A stretch of DNA of 64,000 nt from Callorhinchus milii (Eukaryota): positions 99,388,001 through 99,452,000 of the forward strand of contig NW_024704743.1 in the NCBI RefSeq assembly GCF_018977255.1, written 5' to 3'. The translations under genes were made by a program, and so were the position numbers. The notes below the pieces were generated by a model, which did no database searches, was not told the origin of the DNA, and saw only the letters and a program-made list of their open reading frames with translations. Shown piece after piece: positions 62,900 to 64,000 of this stretch; within the stretch, counting starts at the first letter, position 1; each line of letters starts with the position of its first letter.

Positions 62900-63618
62900 T
62901 ACAACAACAACAACAACTTGGATTTATATAGTGCCATCCATGCTGGACTGCGTCTCAGAGCGCTTCACAGTAACGGATCCCGGGGCTGAGCCAGGGGGAG
63001 GAAGGTGACCAAAGGAGCGGCCGAAAAGAAAGGTCTTCAGCAGAGACGTGAAAGTAGGAAGAGAAGGGACGAGGCGAAGGGAGTGAGGAAGGGAATTCCA
63101 GAGCCTCGGAGCATAATGGTTGAAGGCATGGCTGCTGAGGTTGGAGCGGAGGACTCGGGGGACAAGGAGGAGGCCAGACCTGGAGAAACAAAGGCAATGG
63201 GCACTGTTTTGAGGAGAGAGGAGGTCAGAGAGGTAGGGGGGGTGAGGAGGAGTGGAGGGATTTGAAGACAAGGGTGAGATCTTGAAATCGATGCTCTCTG
63301 GGACAGGGAGCCAGTGCAGTCTGGCAAGGACCGGGGTAATCAGGGAACGGTGTTTGGTGCGGGTGAGAATGCGGGCAGCAGAGTTTTAAATAATCTGGAT
63401 TTTATGGATGGTAGTGGAGGGGAGACCGGCGAGGAGGGCATTTGAATAGTCCAGCCGAGAGGTGACAAAGGCATGGACCAGGGTTTCAGCGGCTTTTGGA
63501 GAGAGGTATTGGCAGAAATTGTCGATGCGTCGGAGGTGGAAGAAAACGGTGCTGGTGAGGGACCCGATGTGGGGGAGGAAGAATAATTGGGTGTTAAACC
63601 TGACGCCAAGGTTGCGTA
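62900..63618 (-). mobile_element. L2 subfamily B 3' fragment
   Basis: Highly similar to 33689-34412; (CAA)n tail at 62900. Confidence 0.93.
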
Positions 63619-64000
63619 TCTTTAGTTTTATCTACGTGTTGGGCAAACGGGGGAAATTTAGAAATTTACCCACTTACAAACATGTCTAATTGATCATTTG
63701 TCCCTTCACACATTATTTAGGATCTTTATATTGAAGGGTTTTGAAATAAATCTTGAAAAATCCAATGAGAAAAACTTTAAATCTATTAACATATTTATTA
63801 ATCTGTACATGTGATCAAATAATCCCTATTAGGAATTGATCAAATTCATTAGTTTTTTTTGATCCGTGCACAATACTGGAAATACACTTAAAATATTAAG
63901 CACATATCTATTTATGTCTCTGCTAGGATTTAAAAAAATAAGATACCTTTCTCTGATTGATAATAATCGACTAGCTGTCCACTTTCATTTTTTTGTCTCT

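Overview
Repeat-dense, apparently non-genic (intergenic or large-intron) vertebrate DNA. The repeat complement is typical of a cartilaginous fish, probably a holocephalan such as an elephant shark or chimaera; this is inferred from recalled repeat families, not from a search. I can support no host-gene exon, and essentially all ORFs in the track are transposon debris or chance. The window holds many degenerate L2-clade LINE copies with (TTG)n tails (three retain YADD), CR1 3' fragments, a young tRNA-Ala(TGC)-headed SINE, older Deu-domain tRNA SINEs sharing the L2 3' stem-loop, Penelope-like fragments, palindromic MITE-like elements, an unclassified ~600-bp repeat and a (TTCC)n tract. The most notable items are: (1) a ~1.19-kb RT-less unit at 61325-62514 (GC-box/TATA-like head, L2 endonuclease fragment, (TTG)n tail) that splits an older repeat as a single insertion; (2) a minimal hammerhead ribozyme motif in a Penelope-type repeat at 42638-42676; (3) covarying SINE/L2 3' stem-loops and TG-microhomology-guided nested insertions; (4) a longer variant of the young SINE that may be its progenitor.
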